The notes under the pieces were generated by a model. That model was not told where the DNA came from. It was given only the letters and a program-made list of their open reading frames with translations, and made no database searches. Below, piece after piece: positions 37,737-52,806 of a stretch of 64,000 nucleotides of DNA. Position numbers and translations under genes: made by a program. The stretch is from Oculina patagonica (Eukaryota): contig NC_135758.1 of NCBI RefSeq assembly GCF_052425735.1, positions 47,678,001 through 47,742,000 of the forward strand, written 5' to 3'. The number at the start of each line of letters is the position of its first letter. Positions within the stretch are counted from its first letter, which is position 1.

Positions 37737-40700
37737 ATTCGAATGCACAACGTTTACTGAAAGAAAGAAAGAAGAAAAAAAAAAGAAAGAAAACTAAATG
37801 CATGTTAGGTTCTTTGTTTGCTGTATATTTTGATTGAATAAACGAAAGAATGTACAGTTTTAAATCGGCTAGAAATCTACAAATTAAAGCCGCCAAGATA
37901 AGATTTCAAAAAATATATAAAAAAAATTAAAAATTGATTTACAATTGTATAAAGTTTAATTTTACTTTGTATATTGGTAGTACTGCTTGCAAAGATCGCT
38001 TTCAATAATTTTTAAGCCAGCTTAAAACTTTTGTTTAGTAATATGTTTAAGTGATGTACATGCTGTATTAAGGTGATGAAACAATAAATTTATCAGAATA
38101 TAGGCTTTATTTGAGCTTCAAAAGAGATTATTATAACTACATTATATTATAACTACAAGGAAAACGCGTGTGGAGTAAACCAAGCACGCGAAGGTTTGCA
38201 ATCAGTTGTTTTTAAATCCCTCATTGTTTTGAATAATTTAACTTGTTCTTGCACCTCTTTCCTTGCATCTTTCTTGAAAACGGCGAGCTAAGCTGGCTGT
38301 GTGTTACAGGCAGAGATTAACTGAATTCAGCTGCTAAAAAATACACGCAGCTTAATTAGGGTGTCTGTGATGACACACCATAAGTCATGTTAGCGTTTCC
38401 CCTTACGAAGGTAACTAAAGTTAGAAAGTAATTTGAGGATCGGTGTCGAACTGTCGACCGCGACTATTTTACGATGACATGTTTGCTATTTTCCATAACA
38501 AAAACTTAATTGCACTTTACCACAAGTGGAGGAAGCGAAGAATTAGAAGAACATTATTTAGCTCATTCTCTAGAAAAGGGGAAAAATAGAATTGTGACTG
38601 AAATGTATTTATCATTTGTCTTGCAAACTCGCCCTAAGGAAGATTTTCGTAAATAAAACCGAAAACAGCAACACATTTCCAGCCGCGTTTGTTTAATTCG
38701 TCTATTGACTTGTTATGAAATGACGATATTATTAATATATTTTGATCAAATAATTTCTGACAATTTGTCTCACCATGTAGTAACAACCTCGTAAGGTAAT
38801 ACTTTTAATTATTTTGGATGTCATGAATGTTACTTTAATTTACCCGAATTTACCGCGCTGAACAACCACCTTTTATCGGGAAACACGAGACGCTATTCTG
38901 AAGTCCTTCAGTACAATTTCCTTAGCTTTTAGCCATCGTATTTTGCAATTTGCATGAAAAAGCTGCCGTTGTGACGAATAAGTCAGTTCCGTTAGAAGTT
39001 TATGAAGCTCCGTGTACCAGCTGGAAACCATTTATAATTTCTTTTTTCATAAAATGATCTCGCTTTTTGATTGCGTGGGTGTGTTTATATCACAACCGCC
39101 GAAGAAAAAAAATCAAGAAATTAAACAAAATATTAAATATGTCCAAGAAAAAACCCCTGCAAATTACTGGATCTGCCTTTTTTTATGATGAAACTTGATT
39201 CTTTCTATTTCCTTGAATATTTTTCCGGAAGAAGTTCATAATACAAATGCATATGCAGGAGAATTCACTTTCCGTAAGTGTTATCGGTCCTCCAAATGAG
39301 ACAGCGGAAGCATTTCAGTCTCGTTTTAATGAATTTAACTCAGCTCGTCTTTCGGCACTTTTGAAATAAAATATTCAGTAGATTAAGAGTTTCAATGATT
39401 TTGACCTAATGGTTACTGAAAACACTACTTTTAATTACTCACGGCGGAGAAAAACATACTAACGTCGACGCGGCGATCCGGTTAAGATAGATATCCTTTG
39501 TGAATTAATCAACAATTTGACACTTTAATATTGTATTTAGCTCGAGACAATTCGTGGATTTTTCCCCGGTTCATGTATTGAATACTGGGTTCCTGTAATT
39601 TATCGTCAACTCTCATGATACTATAAAATCCTGGTCGAACCGAATTCCAAATTATAACCCCAATGCTTGTAGTTTTTCCAGTTGTAAGACCAGCTAGTCT
39701 TGTTATTAAGTAATAAATATAATGGGCAATAATTCGGTCATAAACGCCCCCACCCCTCCCAACAGACCGGATGGAAACACATAATTAAAACTTTGCACAA
39801 ATACACCAGCTTTAGTCTGAGTTAGATAAATTGACTGCAGTGACTTTTCCGTAACGAATTTCTTGACGTCTACGCAAATTTGGCCCGGAGAAATTAAGGA
39901 TTTCAAAGTTAATTTTAGGTGGTACCGAAGGCTAATTTAGTGAATTTTCTTTGCTGTCGAAATTGGCAAAATATTTTAGCAAAAGGTGCGATAATATTCG
40001 TCGATGATGATTGAAAAACATTGCAAGTTCCGGAGGGAGTCAGACGTTCGCTTTTTTTCGCAATTTTCAGCCCGCCATCTTTAAATATCCCATGAGCGAA
40101 AGACGCTCTCTGATTGGTTCATTTTAACAAAATTGCATAACAAGTTTTGATTGACATGTCGCACCTAACAACTTGTCTACGAAAGCAATCGAGGATAGTT
40201 GTAATTTTCACAACGCAACATTTTGCTGTATTGCAGTTTGCAAAAAATGGTGTTTAATGCGTCAATATTTTTGGCAAGCACCGGCAATGCAACGTTTGTT
40301 GCCTTGCAAGTTGCAAGGAAAATTGCCTCATGTAACATGGGCCTTACCACTAAACTTCTCGATTTTCTCGTGACCTCCCCCTCAGCAGTTAACTGAACTA
40401 CACTGGAACATAAATTGGGAGCGGGCAGCTGTGAGTTAATTGATATAAATAGAAAGATCATCGTGCTTATTCTTTCCTGATCAGCAGTTCAGTTTTGTTT
40501 CTATTTTAAGTATTCTGACTATAGTTGCACACAAAAAGGAGTGTAGAAGTTAGTAAAGAGTGACCAGGCTTTCGTAGTGCCGAAGAAGCCGTTATAATAC
40601 CTAGTTTGTTATTATTTTCTCACAGTTTTCTACACGTCATCATGTAAGTCATGTACACACAGAGAAGCGTGGTACTAAATACAGAATGACAAGGGTTTTG

Positions 40701-41606
40701 TGCAGGTCCCAGAAAGCGTCGCTATATAATCCTTAGCTTAAAACAGTATTGTACATTGTCATGCAGAGGGAAGCGTGGAACTGGAAAGAATTGCAGAGTC
40801 CTGGGATTTCCTGGCCAGGGTACGACATTAATGGTCCTAACTGAAGCTCTCGCTGGAGAAAATCGTCATTCCTCAGTGCAATTAAACCGACAATCTTTAC
40901 ATGTACAGTTTCAGTTTTATTAATTCATATTTGCGTAAAGTTAAACTACTTACATTAAGAATTAAAAAGTCAGAATTAAACAAACGAATTTGCTTTTGGG
41001 ACACTGTAAAGACAGCTAAAAAAGTGAATGTGTTTTTTTTGTAAGCTATTACTTTCGATTTACACAACTCTTTTTCTTCTCGGCTAGACTCGACCACTCC
41101 ATAAAACTTTATCAGAAGCTACGGTACCTCTGGACACATTTACAACATTACCCGCAGCTAAGCTTTATACAAAACCGGGCGGGCTTAATAATTATTCACT
41201 ACAAAATAACTATTCATTTTGTTATGTATTGAATAATATGAACAACTGAAACTGAACTATTTTGATGAAAAACACATATTTACAAAATATTTTACTCAAC
41301 AAAACATTTAAACTAGCGTAGATACCCGATAATTAATCATATTCGAGCTAAGCTCTCTTTTAAGTTTTTTCTTTCGTTTCTGTTTTTTTTTTTAATTCAA
41401 AAGCTCTTATTTCCTGTAATCTGTTATTCTAAACTTTCCTTTCAGTTCATAGTCACACTGAGACGGCATTTTAACCTCAGTCTCTTAATTAGAGTTACAC
41501 TCTCGCATATCTCGACTTTGAACTAGTTTATTCGATGAGAAGCTTCATTTATCGGCGTTCTGAACAGAACATTATCCGCTGATATCTTCCAAGAAGCCAG
41601 CCACTC

Positions 41607-44600
41607 TTAGTATTGTGACAAATCGTGTAGTTTTAAATGAAGTGGAAGAGGAACGTGTGTGGAGTCCGCTGTTCTCTCAACATTTCTTGTCGTCGAGAAG
41701 CAAAGCCCGTTCAAAGAAGACTGGGAACTATCCGACGCATCTTCTCTCTGGTCATAAGGGAGATATCTGCGTCTGGAATAAAAAAAGAAAAAGAAATAAT
41801 TACTATGCACTTGAAAGCTTGAATTTCGAAACTTGAAGAAACTCACTTTCAATATTGTTGATTCTAACCGTCCCAAACATTTTTACCTTTTCTATTTGAA
41901 TAGAATATTGATCGTTTATTAGTTTAACTTATTCTCTATTACTTTCTTTCAAAGATCTTACAAAGATGTACTACTTTAAAGGAACTTCGTTAGTTTATGA
42001 GTTCAAGTCTAATTTTTTAGGCATCTTTACAGTTGCGTAAAAATTCCGAGACACAATTGCAAGAATTATTCTTGACTATACGCAGTTCATATATGAATTC
42101 TTTCGTCCTTTTCAAGTGTTGTATTTGTCAAGTTTTGTACTTCTGTATGTGTTTAGACAATCCTTATATTTCTATTGCATTTTTGGGGAAGTAACCCCAC
42201 CTCAGTAACCAAACAAAAATAAAATATGGACGCCTCACGAAATTCCTTTCTTTGACCACAACGCAGAGTCAAGGAGGTTTAATCAAAGAAATATTCTTTT
42301 AAATTATTGAGCTATGCTGCTACATTTGCTGAAAATTTAACCCAAATATCAGGTCACTGTTCAGTGCAACATCTAAATTGAGTGACCTACAGTATCAACT
42401 TTTGGTGTCATCTCCCATTTTTTTTCCTATAAAGTTTAATTGCTCTTAAGTGGACATTATCATTAAACCACTATGGAATTAGAGACAAAAAGGTTCGACA
42501 TCTTTTTACATGAAGTGATTTGAGGAGGAACAGCCTTCAAGATAAGATACACGTGCCAACACATGCGCAAATGTAGTGGGAATAATAACGAACAGTAGCT
42601 CAGCTGGGCGCTCAAACATGGCGCACGTTCATGCTACAATAGTGATACTCACTCCAGTAGGAGTCTTGCTGCGAGGTATTTTACGGAAAATTAACTTTAA
42701 TTAGTTGTTTTAGTGGCACGCGACACGAGGGTAAACAAACAGAAAACAACATATCTTTCATAAGTAAACGTGGTGTGCTTTTGCTAAAACTGCAACAAAT
42801 GCGATTTAAACTTTTTAGTTTGTAACAAGTTTGTATATAAAATACAAACTTTTGTATCACAGTGTTAAATTATCGAAAGCTCTCCAATTAATGGTCAAAC
42901 ATTTTTCAGATTTTAAACAGAGGTCGCTGAATACAATACAGTCACCCCTTTAGAAGGAAATGTCAGAATTTCACATTTCAAAATTTTCATAGTGTTTTGC
43001 ACTTGTTAGCTTTACTTTAAACAATTTTACAGTTAATTAGTCTGAAGCCATGTGTTAGATTGAGAGCAATACATCAAATATACCTCACGCAGGCATTTCA
43101 TCTCTAAGTAAGATGAAGCACGCACACATTCTAAATTCTTGATAATTATAACTATAAATGAGTTTTCGGTGTGTAACACGCGGACTTAACCTAAACCTTT
43201 GTCTTCAAGAAGAAACTAAACAAAGAAAATTTCAGCAAATGCACGGCTTTAGTTACGAGAAAGTTCCAAGATGGAAGACTTCCAGGTGTTACGATTTTTT
43301 TTTTTTGAGACATCTATAAGAGAACAGTTTCAGTTGGTTTATCGTTTTCAGGTTAAGACAAACACCGGCATTTTTATTCCAGATGTGAAGAGTAAAATTT
43401 GTGTTCACTGCAGGGGGTCTTTAGGGGCGTTAGTGGCACGAGCCATCACATTTTGATTAATAAATTTAAAAAATGAAAAACAAATCTCTTGTTCTTAATG
43501 TTTCTGTTAAATTGGTTTGGTGAGTACGTTCGATTCTCTGATAACACGAGTTTTTTTGCTGGTGTCAACGGTATGGAAAGTACTTTGGATGAATAAAAAG
43601 TGATCTTCATTTATGATTACAGCACCTAGTTTAATGCTTTATATATCGACACAGAGCAATAAAGTATGACAGAAATTGATTAATCTTTGCTTGAATTTAA
43701 CTGAAATATGTATACAGTTTGATACTTGATATCAAAAGCTTATTTAAAAAATTAATTTTCGTTTGTAAGTAGAACATGAAGTAACAAGTTAGTTACCAAA
43801 TGGATGTGTACTATGGATGATATTAATAAAAATAGAATCAAAAAGCCTATTGTCAAGCTTGAGTACATGTGTAAAGTGAGCCTTATTTTTTCAAAGATTG
43901 AACTCTAAAGTATCTCAATTAGAATGTGCCAATTATCCCAAACACTCATAGAACTTGATGGCTAATATGAGCTGAGGAAATATTTGATACAGCCAATTGG
44001 AAGAGTGAGCTTTAAAAAATTTGAGCTACAATCCATTTTTTAGGCTTGCCATTGTCTTTTTAAAAACAATGTTTCTTTTTGGAAAGTTTTAAGAATTTGT
44101 GTGATCGTTGTGAACTTCTATCTACATAAAAACTGTTTTCTTAGAAACACGTTCATACAGTAAAGGGAGTTGCTACTAAATTTAGCACCACCCTTTTCCT
44201 TTTAGGTCTGTTTGAATTGTTGCCTAGTGCTTCCAGTCTTATCTTTTCCCACAAAATAGATGGAGAGGCTCGTAGGTTTAATTCTTGTATATTATGTAAT
44301 GTTGGATGGGTCATTAACAGCTTGAGCTGTGTTCTAATTGGCTAATTCTGCGGCGTGGCACGCGACACGAGGGTCAAATAATAAGAGTTTATTATATTGA
44401 ACAAATTAAATCCTTAACTCTCTTGAATTTAACTTTTTGATAATTATAATCAAGTCTGAAGGGAGCTATGTGTTGTGTGTACATAATAATGATTCTAGAA
44501 ATTTCCCCGAAGTGTAGATGAAATCAAAAAGATATAATTTAGTAGAATGAAAACGAATTTTTGTCACAAATCTAATTTTCAAAATTCTTTCAGCTTACAA

Positions 44601-47600
44601 CGGGAACTGGGAATTTCTGATGTTTTTGATGTTTCGTGTATTTGTTCCTCATTCACAGGAACATTCTGTAAAGCAAAGCATTTTGCTTAATTTTCCTTTG
44701 TTTGTTAAAGCAAAAGGAATATAATGGAGTAAAGTCGGCACGCGACACGAGGCGACTACAAAAAAATCTTTTGTCAAAACTTTCATAGTAGAAGTAACTT
44801 TAACGGAGACTTTCTGAATACGGCTTTAACTAAAAGTTAAGCAAGCATGTAAATAAATCTTAATCCTAAAAAATGTCAAAATTTTAACAAGCTGATCGTA
44901 ATTTCATACATGCACAGAGAAGACAGCGTCAATAAAATCGTCATCCCAATAAATGCATAACCAAATTTATACAAATTTAGCAGTTTTTATTTTATTTTAT
45001 TTTTTACACGAAATCAGTTCTAGCAAAGCTTAGTTGCATCATTCGAAATCATGTTATAATCGCGCACATGAAAACACTGTATATGATACTGTCTTAAGTT
45101 TTAAATCTATGGCTTTATTCAAAGCGTGAGCACCTTAAGTGACAATTCAGTAATACGATTTTCCTTACAATACAAGATTTTCAGTGCATAACTTATCCAG
45201 GCGTTGAATTTGATAGTGTGCAAACCCTTTTTAGGTTAAACCTCGGCTTTTTGAATTTATCCCTAAATTTGATGTCAGTAAAAACCACAAATATGTTAAT
45301 TACTATTCTTTCACAAAAAGCAGTTTCACGCACGTTAGGCGAGGACAATTACCCACGTGGCAGTAAGTGAGTATATTTCAATAGATTCAATAATGAATGC
45401 GCACTAGACGGCGAAAGAACTTCGAATGTTCCTGTATATAGGCTTGTGTGGCTTTCCTTTAGAATCACAACAATAACTAAGCATTCTAAGTACACTATTA
45501 AGTAAATCAAACAATAGTTCTGTTTGATACAGCGTACGAATGAGAAGAAACAGTGTTCAGATTTCGTACTAGTGAAGTTAACCGCCCGAACGACCCGAGG
45601 GCACATAGCTAAATCAAATTAGCCTCCGCCGTTTCTAATGCCTTGACATATCTTTTTAATGCGTTTGGCACAAATAGGGGTGATTAATTATCCTGCTTTG
45701 TGTCTAGAGAGCAAAAACACTATTATTGACTTGGAGTATTCTGTTACCTTGAATGGACACACTTGTGAGCTAACCCTATATCGCATTATGCTAGCATTGA
45801 TTGGCAGTCCAGGGAATAACTAGTGTATCATTTAAAAGCTCTCGGAAACGTTCCGAAATCTAAGCGATTTCAAACAAGGTAAGGGTGTGTAACTAACTCC
45901 ATCAGCTAAGGAAACGCTTCGTCTACGCTACTCTAAGGTGGTTCAGTTAATTTCAAAACAAATGGCCCTGTTATGATAATTCAACATTCCGGTGGCAGTT
46001 CTTACTAACTTTTGCTTCTGCAATGTGTAAATCTCAGTCATTAGTCTTTCGGTCTATCTTAACTGTTTGAGAGTGAAACATTGCCGCGTCAATGTCTGGG
46101 AGTTGTGAATTTTTGAGACCATATTTCTACTGAAAGTACCCCTACCTCGGAAAACCCACGACCACGTGGCTTATATCGAAAAATATTTAGTTTATGCTGA
46201 GATATATATAATAAAGAGGTGAAAACAACTAAGCTTTTTTACTTTGAAGTTATATTTCGTGAAGTCTTCCCGCTCTAAGTTCTTCGTAACACAACAAAAG
46301 CATACCTTTGTGAATAACAATTCTTATCATTCTTTTCTTTCAAAAATTGCATTGTACTTTATCGTTATTGCTTGTCACATTGTCAGCTCAAATGGATCTT
46401 AACAAAGCTTTCGAAATGCATATGTAAATTTACTACAGTTTAGTTTCAAGTTACAAAGTGCAGTAGTTAGATGTGAACAAAAAGTCCATAAGTAAAACGT
46501 GAGAGTGAAATCAAGAAAAACATCGATATATTTGATAGTAAAGCAATAGTAGATTCATAGAAAGCTCTAGCTGCGATCGACGTTCAATGAATCGATATTT
46601 CGCAAGAAGGCACAACTCGGATAAGGTAAGGCACGGTATGCCCTTGAGAATGGATACTCCTCGTGTCGAAGTCTTCTGTAAAAGCCGTGATAAATATTCC
46701 CTCCACTCATATAAACTTGAAATTATGTAGCAAATTAGCAAATGTTCATTACTGTATATGTATCAGTTTAAGATTCACGGAAATACGTGTATTCAGTGTA
46801 AAGCATATTATATTTTCATCATTTGGAAATATAAAGTGTACAAAATTGTTCAATTTGACTAAACAGTGTTTCATTCTGAGATTGATGAACTGTGGCTGTC
46901 AGTAGCTCTCAAAGCAAGGGAATGTACTGGTATTGATTTTAAGTAAATTGCTGATGTCTTGGATTGCACGATCTTACGCTATTGATGAATCTAAAACATT
47001 CATTTTTCGGAGACAGATTGTTTGGAATTGTATTAACCCTACAATACTAGTTGAATTGAAATCAAACAAACCTCAAAAACAGTCTTGTGAATATAACTTA
47101 AGATCGTAGACAAAATTTTCATGCTAGGATAGGCTTAGTACTTAGCAGACGAAAAAAGCAAATGGCTTATTAACTTTCAATTACTGAGTAGAGTGCAAAA
47201 CATGCAAGTGAAAATTGTCTTAGTAGGGCTGATCAATAGAAAGTGATAAATTGTATAAATCTGACTTTAAGTGAAAGTATTTCCGAAACGGAATGTTTGA
47301 GTTATTTGTGAAATAAATTATATTATTCTTTGTATTGTTTCAAAACCTACGGTTCTGTGATAATTTCAGAATTTACTTATCGATCGTTCAGATTTTTACG
47401 ATATAAAAGTTCTTTAAAAGCTATCTCGTTTGTGTGGTTTTCGATAAAATAAAACAAACATATCTTGTACTTTGTCGGGTTTGCGATCTTTTCAGTGATG
47501 TTTAGATTTAAAAGGTGCAAGTGTCAATCACTTCCAGCTGCCTGCATTGACAAAACTTTATCAAAAAGTCATAAAAAATTTAATATTTACCTCGTTCCTT

Positions 47601-50600
47601 TGTCTCGAAATCCTTTGGCAAAGGGGTTATGGTCGATTTTCATTTGAATCAGCTAAAAATAAATAACAACAAACGTTAGCAAATAAACAAGAATCGTGTC
47701 AAAAGGAAAATTAGTTATGAAGCGATTTGAAACTTTATTTTAGGGGATTAAACATTGTTAAAGTACTTGAAATTATGAGTTTTAAATAGGATTGTATTCC
47801 CCTCCTTTCAGGTGAGAATAGGTTGCGGCATAAAATGTTAAACTTTAACTGCATTTTAAAAACAGCTTGTTCCACAAGATTCCTTCGTTATTTGATATTT
47901 GGTATGTAACTTTTATTAGCAAACATTGCTGTAAAACGTACACGTACGGATATACAAAACCAACAGCTAAGAATGCTTTGAGACTGATACCCTTACGATA
48001 TCAGCTGTCTTCAGCTTTTGGGGTAAGATATCGTTTAGACTAACGTTCAAGTAAAAGCTAAAGTCAATCAATTTGCTATCCTTACCTCTTCGTTTTGGTA
48101 TGTCGTTACAGCAATGAATGTTGTTTCAGGAAAAACATACGTCGAGCACGAAACCTTGACACCTTCTTCTGTTTCTTCAACGACATGAATTCTTGGCTGG
48201 TATTTTCTATTCGGACTTAAATGAAGCTGAAAAAATAATTTTAAAGCACACAGCTTAGGAGAGCAGGAAAGTGCTACAAAGAAGTATCTCATTGTAGACC
48301 TGTTTGTCAGGGGCAGATCGAGAGATAATCTTAATTCAGAATCGTATAAAAAGATAAATTTTCGCGCGAAGAAGAAACTCTTATTATAGATCTATAAAAA
48401 TCTGCCGTGTGCATGAAATCCACTCAAAACAACTTTGTTTTTAAGAAACTAACTTTGCTCGCCGTAGCTAGTCTTCACAAGTCTTTCATAATGCAGGCCA
48501 CGCTAAAATTAAGCGAGCTGAAGTTGGAAATATCGTGGCTTCATACGGGGCGAAAACATTTTACGTGTTGAAAATAAGGCGGGTTTCAATTGAAAATTAC
48601 CCAAGAAGTTTGGTTTACTTTGGTTTCTCGCGTTTTATTTCATGGTGCGAAAATTTGCATCAAAAGATTTTTGGCGTACGCGGTTTGTAATTTGAGGTTT
48701 TTTTATGCATCACATTCGCTTGCCTTAATTCATTTGACATAACTTGAACGTTTTGAATTTTTAAATTGCTATTTGAAGTCGGGTTAGCCGAGCGGTGGTT
48801 TAAAAATTGTAGTTGAAAGGTTTGACTTTCTAACATAAAAGGAAACAGCAGAAACACGAGGTAACGCAAAAGACAATGAAAGCGCTTCATGAATAAGTTA
48901 TGAGCTCGGTCAGTCTGAAAATTACAAAAATCGCCATCTCGCTATCGCTAAAAAGTCCTTTAATACCTCATGACAACTCTTGTGGCTTGAGGCACGCGGC
49001 GAGCTTAACCCACAGTAACTTAGAAACATTTGATCTCTTCGTTCTGTTGGTTTTAAGAGATAAAAAACAGCTGGAAGTTCGACGTGAGTTGCTGTGTTTC
49101 GTTTGCCAGACATTACGGCTCTAAACAACACATGCGTACTAGAAGCACTTCCCATAATTCCCTGGTTTTCTTTATTCGTACTTTCTTGCTAAGCGCTATG
49201 TTTTAAAACAGTGTTTGGATACAAGAAACCCGCGAGTCACAAAGAAATTTATTTTCGTGAGGAAAATATCAACACACAACAGATTTCTTTCGAGTTAAAT
49301 TAAATCTTGAACTTTGATTAGATATTTTTAGATGTAATCATAAACAGCATTATTTACCTCGCCATCTTTGAATGGGCCAACTCGGCGATTTGTGAGGCGC
49401 ACTTTCTTGAAGTCCACGCCATTTTTCATCCAGTACAGTCCAGTGTGGGCCACTTCGTCCGCTTGGTATGACTGTATATAAGGTAATGCATGCATCTCGC
49501 TCGCCATCCCGTTCACTTGCCACATATTGTTCACAAAAGTGTAGGCATACCCATCGACAGGAACAATGTCGACATGAACAGAATAGTAACGCCTTGGATC
49601 CATACCAAGGAAGGAAAGAGCCAGTGTTGGAAACATCCGTCTGCAAAGAAAGTCAATCGCTTTAGCATCAGATAAGTTGAAATAAATGATAAAATGTCAG
49701 CACTGTGGGGTTTTGTGCTTAATAAACAATCTAGGCGTATTTACCGCGATAGGCAAAAAGCAGGTGACTGCGAAATAAACATGCGCTTTCATGACGAAAG
49801 CCTTGTGTTGAAGCCGTTTGATAACAGACAGCTAGCTAGCAATAGAGACTCGAGGTTCTGTGATCTAAAGACGCTGACAAAACCCCTCGTGAGGGGTTAA
49901 CGTGCAGGTTGAGTAGCTATGCGTGGCACGCGCACCATCACTGTCGAATAAGTCAGGCTAAGTACACAATGAGGGTGAAGTACAAAGCTTTAAAGGAGAG
50001 TAATCTAAAGCACATGCTAGGCGATCGCTGTCATCTGTTTAAATGATCTCTCCTCTCATTAGCAGAAGCAAAACATCGTTCATTACTTTAAGAGTCGCGA
50101 ACAATGAGACACACCCATAAAAAGAGGGGCACGTGGGAAACACAATCTGCGCTAAACCCTTAAGTGGTTGTTTACTTTGCGCTATCCATATGCCTTTCTC
50201 CTTTTGTGCTTTTGTTGCTATCTGCAGCTCCCTCCACCTACGCTTTCATGATTTACAGATCGACAAGTTGAACAAACAAGCCATGCCTCGAAACACAGCT
50301 TATCAAAGCGGCGATGTTGCTAATATCACTTTCCTTGCGATGACGGGTAGCTTTATTGGTATAAGTTTGTATATAGAAATTCAGACGCAAGTGAGGGAAA
50401 AACAAGGGGAAACAAGGCTTTCTGATAATAAAACACTCAAAAAAACAAAGAACTTTCACCTCAACTTAACATGTCCCATCAAGACCCTTCGTGTTCCACA
50501 TGTGTACAGTTTGTTTGCATAAGCATTCCTAGCTGAATCACGCCAATGGACAAACTGATCTCATAGTCTGTCGAAGGTGTTCTTCAAAACTCTTTTGGTT

Positions 50601-52806
50601 ATCTCTTTATTTTGATACCCCAGGGCATACTGTTTGTATAACTATCGGCTCTTGCTATGACTTTGGACTTTTTGTTTGAACGTGATTTATCAAAGAGGAC
50701 ATGCAATTGAATTACTTTTCGCTGATATTCTGCCCTCGGAAAGATAAGCGATCAAAAAAGTCTTTGTGCCCACATGTGAATAATTCTTATCTTCATTATA
50801 TCTGGTATTTTTTTGCATATTAAAAGTAACTAACCCGAATTTTAATAACACTACACCTGGGTCTAATAATAGTAATCTTTAAAAGATTCAAGTCATTTCA
50901 GAACTCTGTAACTTCCTCAATTTACCCAGTCTCAAATCACCTTACACGATAAAAAAAAACTTATCTGTGGTGATTTTTTACAATACGAGCTGAAAAACGT
51001 TTTTTTTGTCAAAACTAAAACATAGTTTGAAACTACTGTTGTCAATAGGCGTTTATTTTTTAAAATCGAATCGTTTGATTTCAATGAAATATCAAAGAGA
51101 AGAGAAGTGAAAAATTCTTATCTACTAATATATTCAGACCCAGTTCGAATTTCTTCACGAGTCATTGTCTAGCTAGAGACGAAAGTTGGTACTGCAAAAG
51201 TTAAATTTTCTGCTCAGAAAGTGCTTCAATAGGATTTTAATTGCACATAATAAACTCAATGTTTGATGGTCCCAATTTCGGCTCCATGCCTAAAACAATT
51301 GTTTTGTGAAAGAAGAAAGGACCCAGTATCAAAGGCACATGCAGAGAAAGCAAATCAACAGTTTAAAAGAAACCCAAAAGAGATTTGTTTTGTTATTTGC
51401 ACCTGGGGAAATTATAGAACTTAGAAAATAAAACTCTTGTGGCACGCGACCGCATTCTTAACATTGAAAAGCGCGCGTGGACACGGAAAAGTATCTTTGA
51501 ATATGACGTCACGTACTGGTAGAAAGCTATAAGCGAAATATCAGAAAACAACTTAGGAGCTAAACGGATATATTATTTTTCATATTTTTGGAAAGGAATT
51601 AGCAAGGTCGGATGTTTTGTGCAATTATCGAACACGAATTAAGAAAACCGAGTTACCCGCAGCGAAAATAATCCTTGACTGAATTAAATGCAAAAAGACA
51701 ATTATTCTGCTGGCGAGTTAGCTTTAGTTTGCATTTCAAAGACAACACCAATTTGAACGACAATGAATTTGAAGAGTGAAAATTTCTTTTTACAAAGTCG
51801 TTTCTTGACAGCCATGGTCTATTTCGGTCGGATAAATGTTCTTAATTCAAAGCAAGTTAGTTGTTTCAGAAGAGCGGTTAAAGAATTTACACCAAAACCG
51901 CTGAAGTTTCATTCGTTTGAAAATTAAGTCTCTTAAAGTTTCTGCTATTCAACAAAAATTCAACAAGAAAGGTTTGAAAACTTTTGTTGTTGAGCGAAAA
52001 ATTTGTATACGCGCTTTCGGTAAGGCGTAAAATTTAGTAAAATGTGGCGGAATTCCTTACCAATTTAATAACATTTCATTTCGGATAATTTGTGTAATTT
52101 TCGCTGGTGTCTCAAGAAACATAATAACGAATTTTAGCAGATTTGTTTTTCCCGATAAGTGGATCAAAAACATTTGAAGTGACTTTTGAAGCAGTCATAA
52201 TTCAACATGTTTGACTTTAACTCCTGTAAAACGTCTTCAGCTCGTTTTTTCTAAGAAGGAATTAAAAAACAATCTTTCTCACCTTCCCGTGCGTGTAATC
52301 ACCATTTCGGTACCGCAAGCGTAAAATTTCCACCACAGATCGCTCTGTTGCATGGCGACTTGCACTTCACGCTGGACCTCCGTAACTCTCATTTGCGGCG
52401 GACAATATGAAGCAGTGTTCTTTAAACAGTCTAGATTTCTAACCAGGTCACAACAAGCGGCGAATTGCTGCAAAGGATCCAGTGAAGTACTTCTTGCCAA
52501 TCCACGCCTTTTATCGTCTCCGCATTTCTCACTTTGCGTCTGTTCACTGTTCAATATGTTCTGGATTGAGTGGTCTTCGCAAACGTTTCTTGAAAGCGCA
52601 CAGAATTTCGCCTTCTGTGCTAATCGATCATTTTGGCAGCCATTCCACCAATTTCCTTTCTCTTTGTGATCCATTAAGGGCGGATTTAGTTCACTTGTTT
52701 TCCGAGTGTTGGAATTTTCATTAAAATCTTTGGTCAGCAAACTTGCGATCGAGAAAGCTGCAGCCTTCGGCGAGAGGTTGTCATTCTCGTCCCCCTGTAA
52801 GCTCAT
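41607..52806 (-). CDS. T-box transcription factor, Tbx20/Tbx15-like, divergent (5 exons)
   Basis: Exons 52283-52806, 49358-49640, 48086-48226, 47591-47652, 41607-41772 in consistent phase. Motifs LWWKF..GTEMVITRTGRRMFP, KVRLTN, KYQPRIHVV, FPETTFIAVTTYQNEE, KIDHNPFAKGFRD, plus N-terminal eh1 motif LSPKAAAFSIASLL. The last exon is less certain. Confidence 0.92.
42713..51450 (+). promoter_or_regulatory. Cluster of Hairy/E(spl)-HES class C / N-box motifs in T-box introns
   Basis: GTGGCACGCGACACGAGGGT at 42713 and 44355, GGCACGCGACACGAGG at 44737, GTGGCACGCGAC at 51439, GTGGCACGCG at 49923, GTGGCACGAGCC at 43433. Confidence 0.6.
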
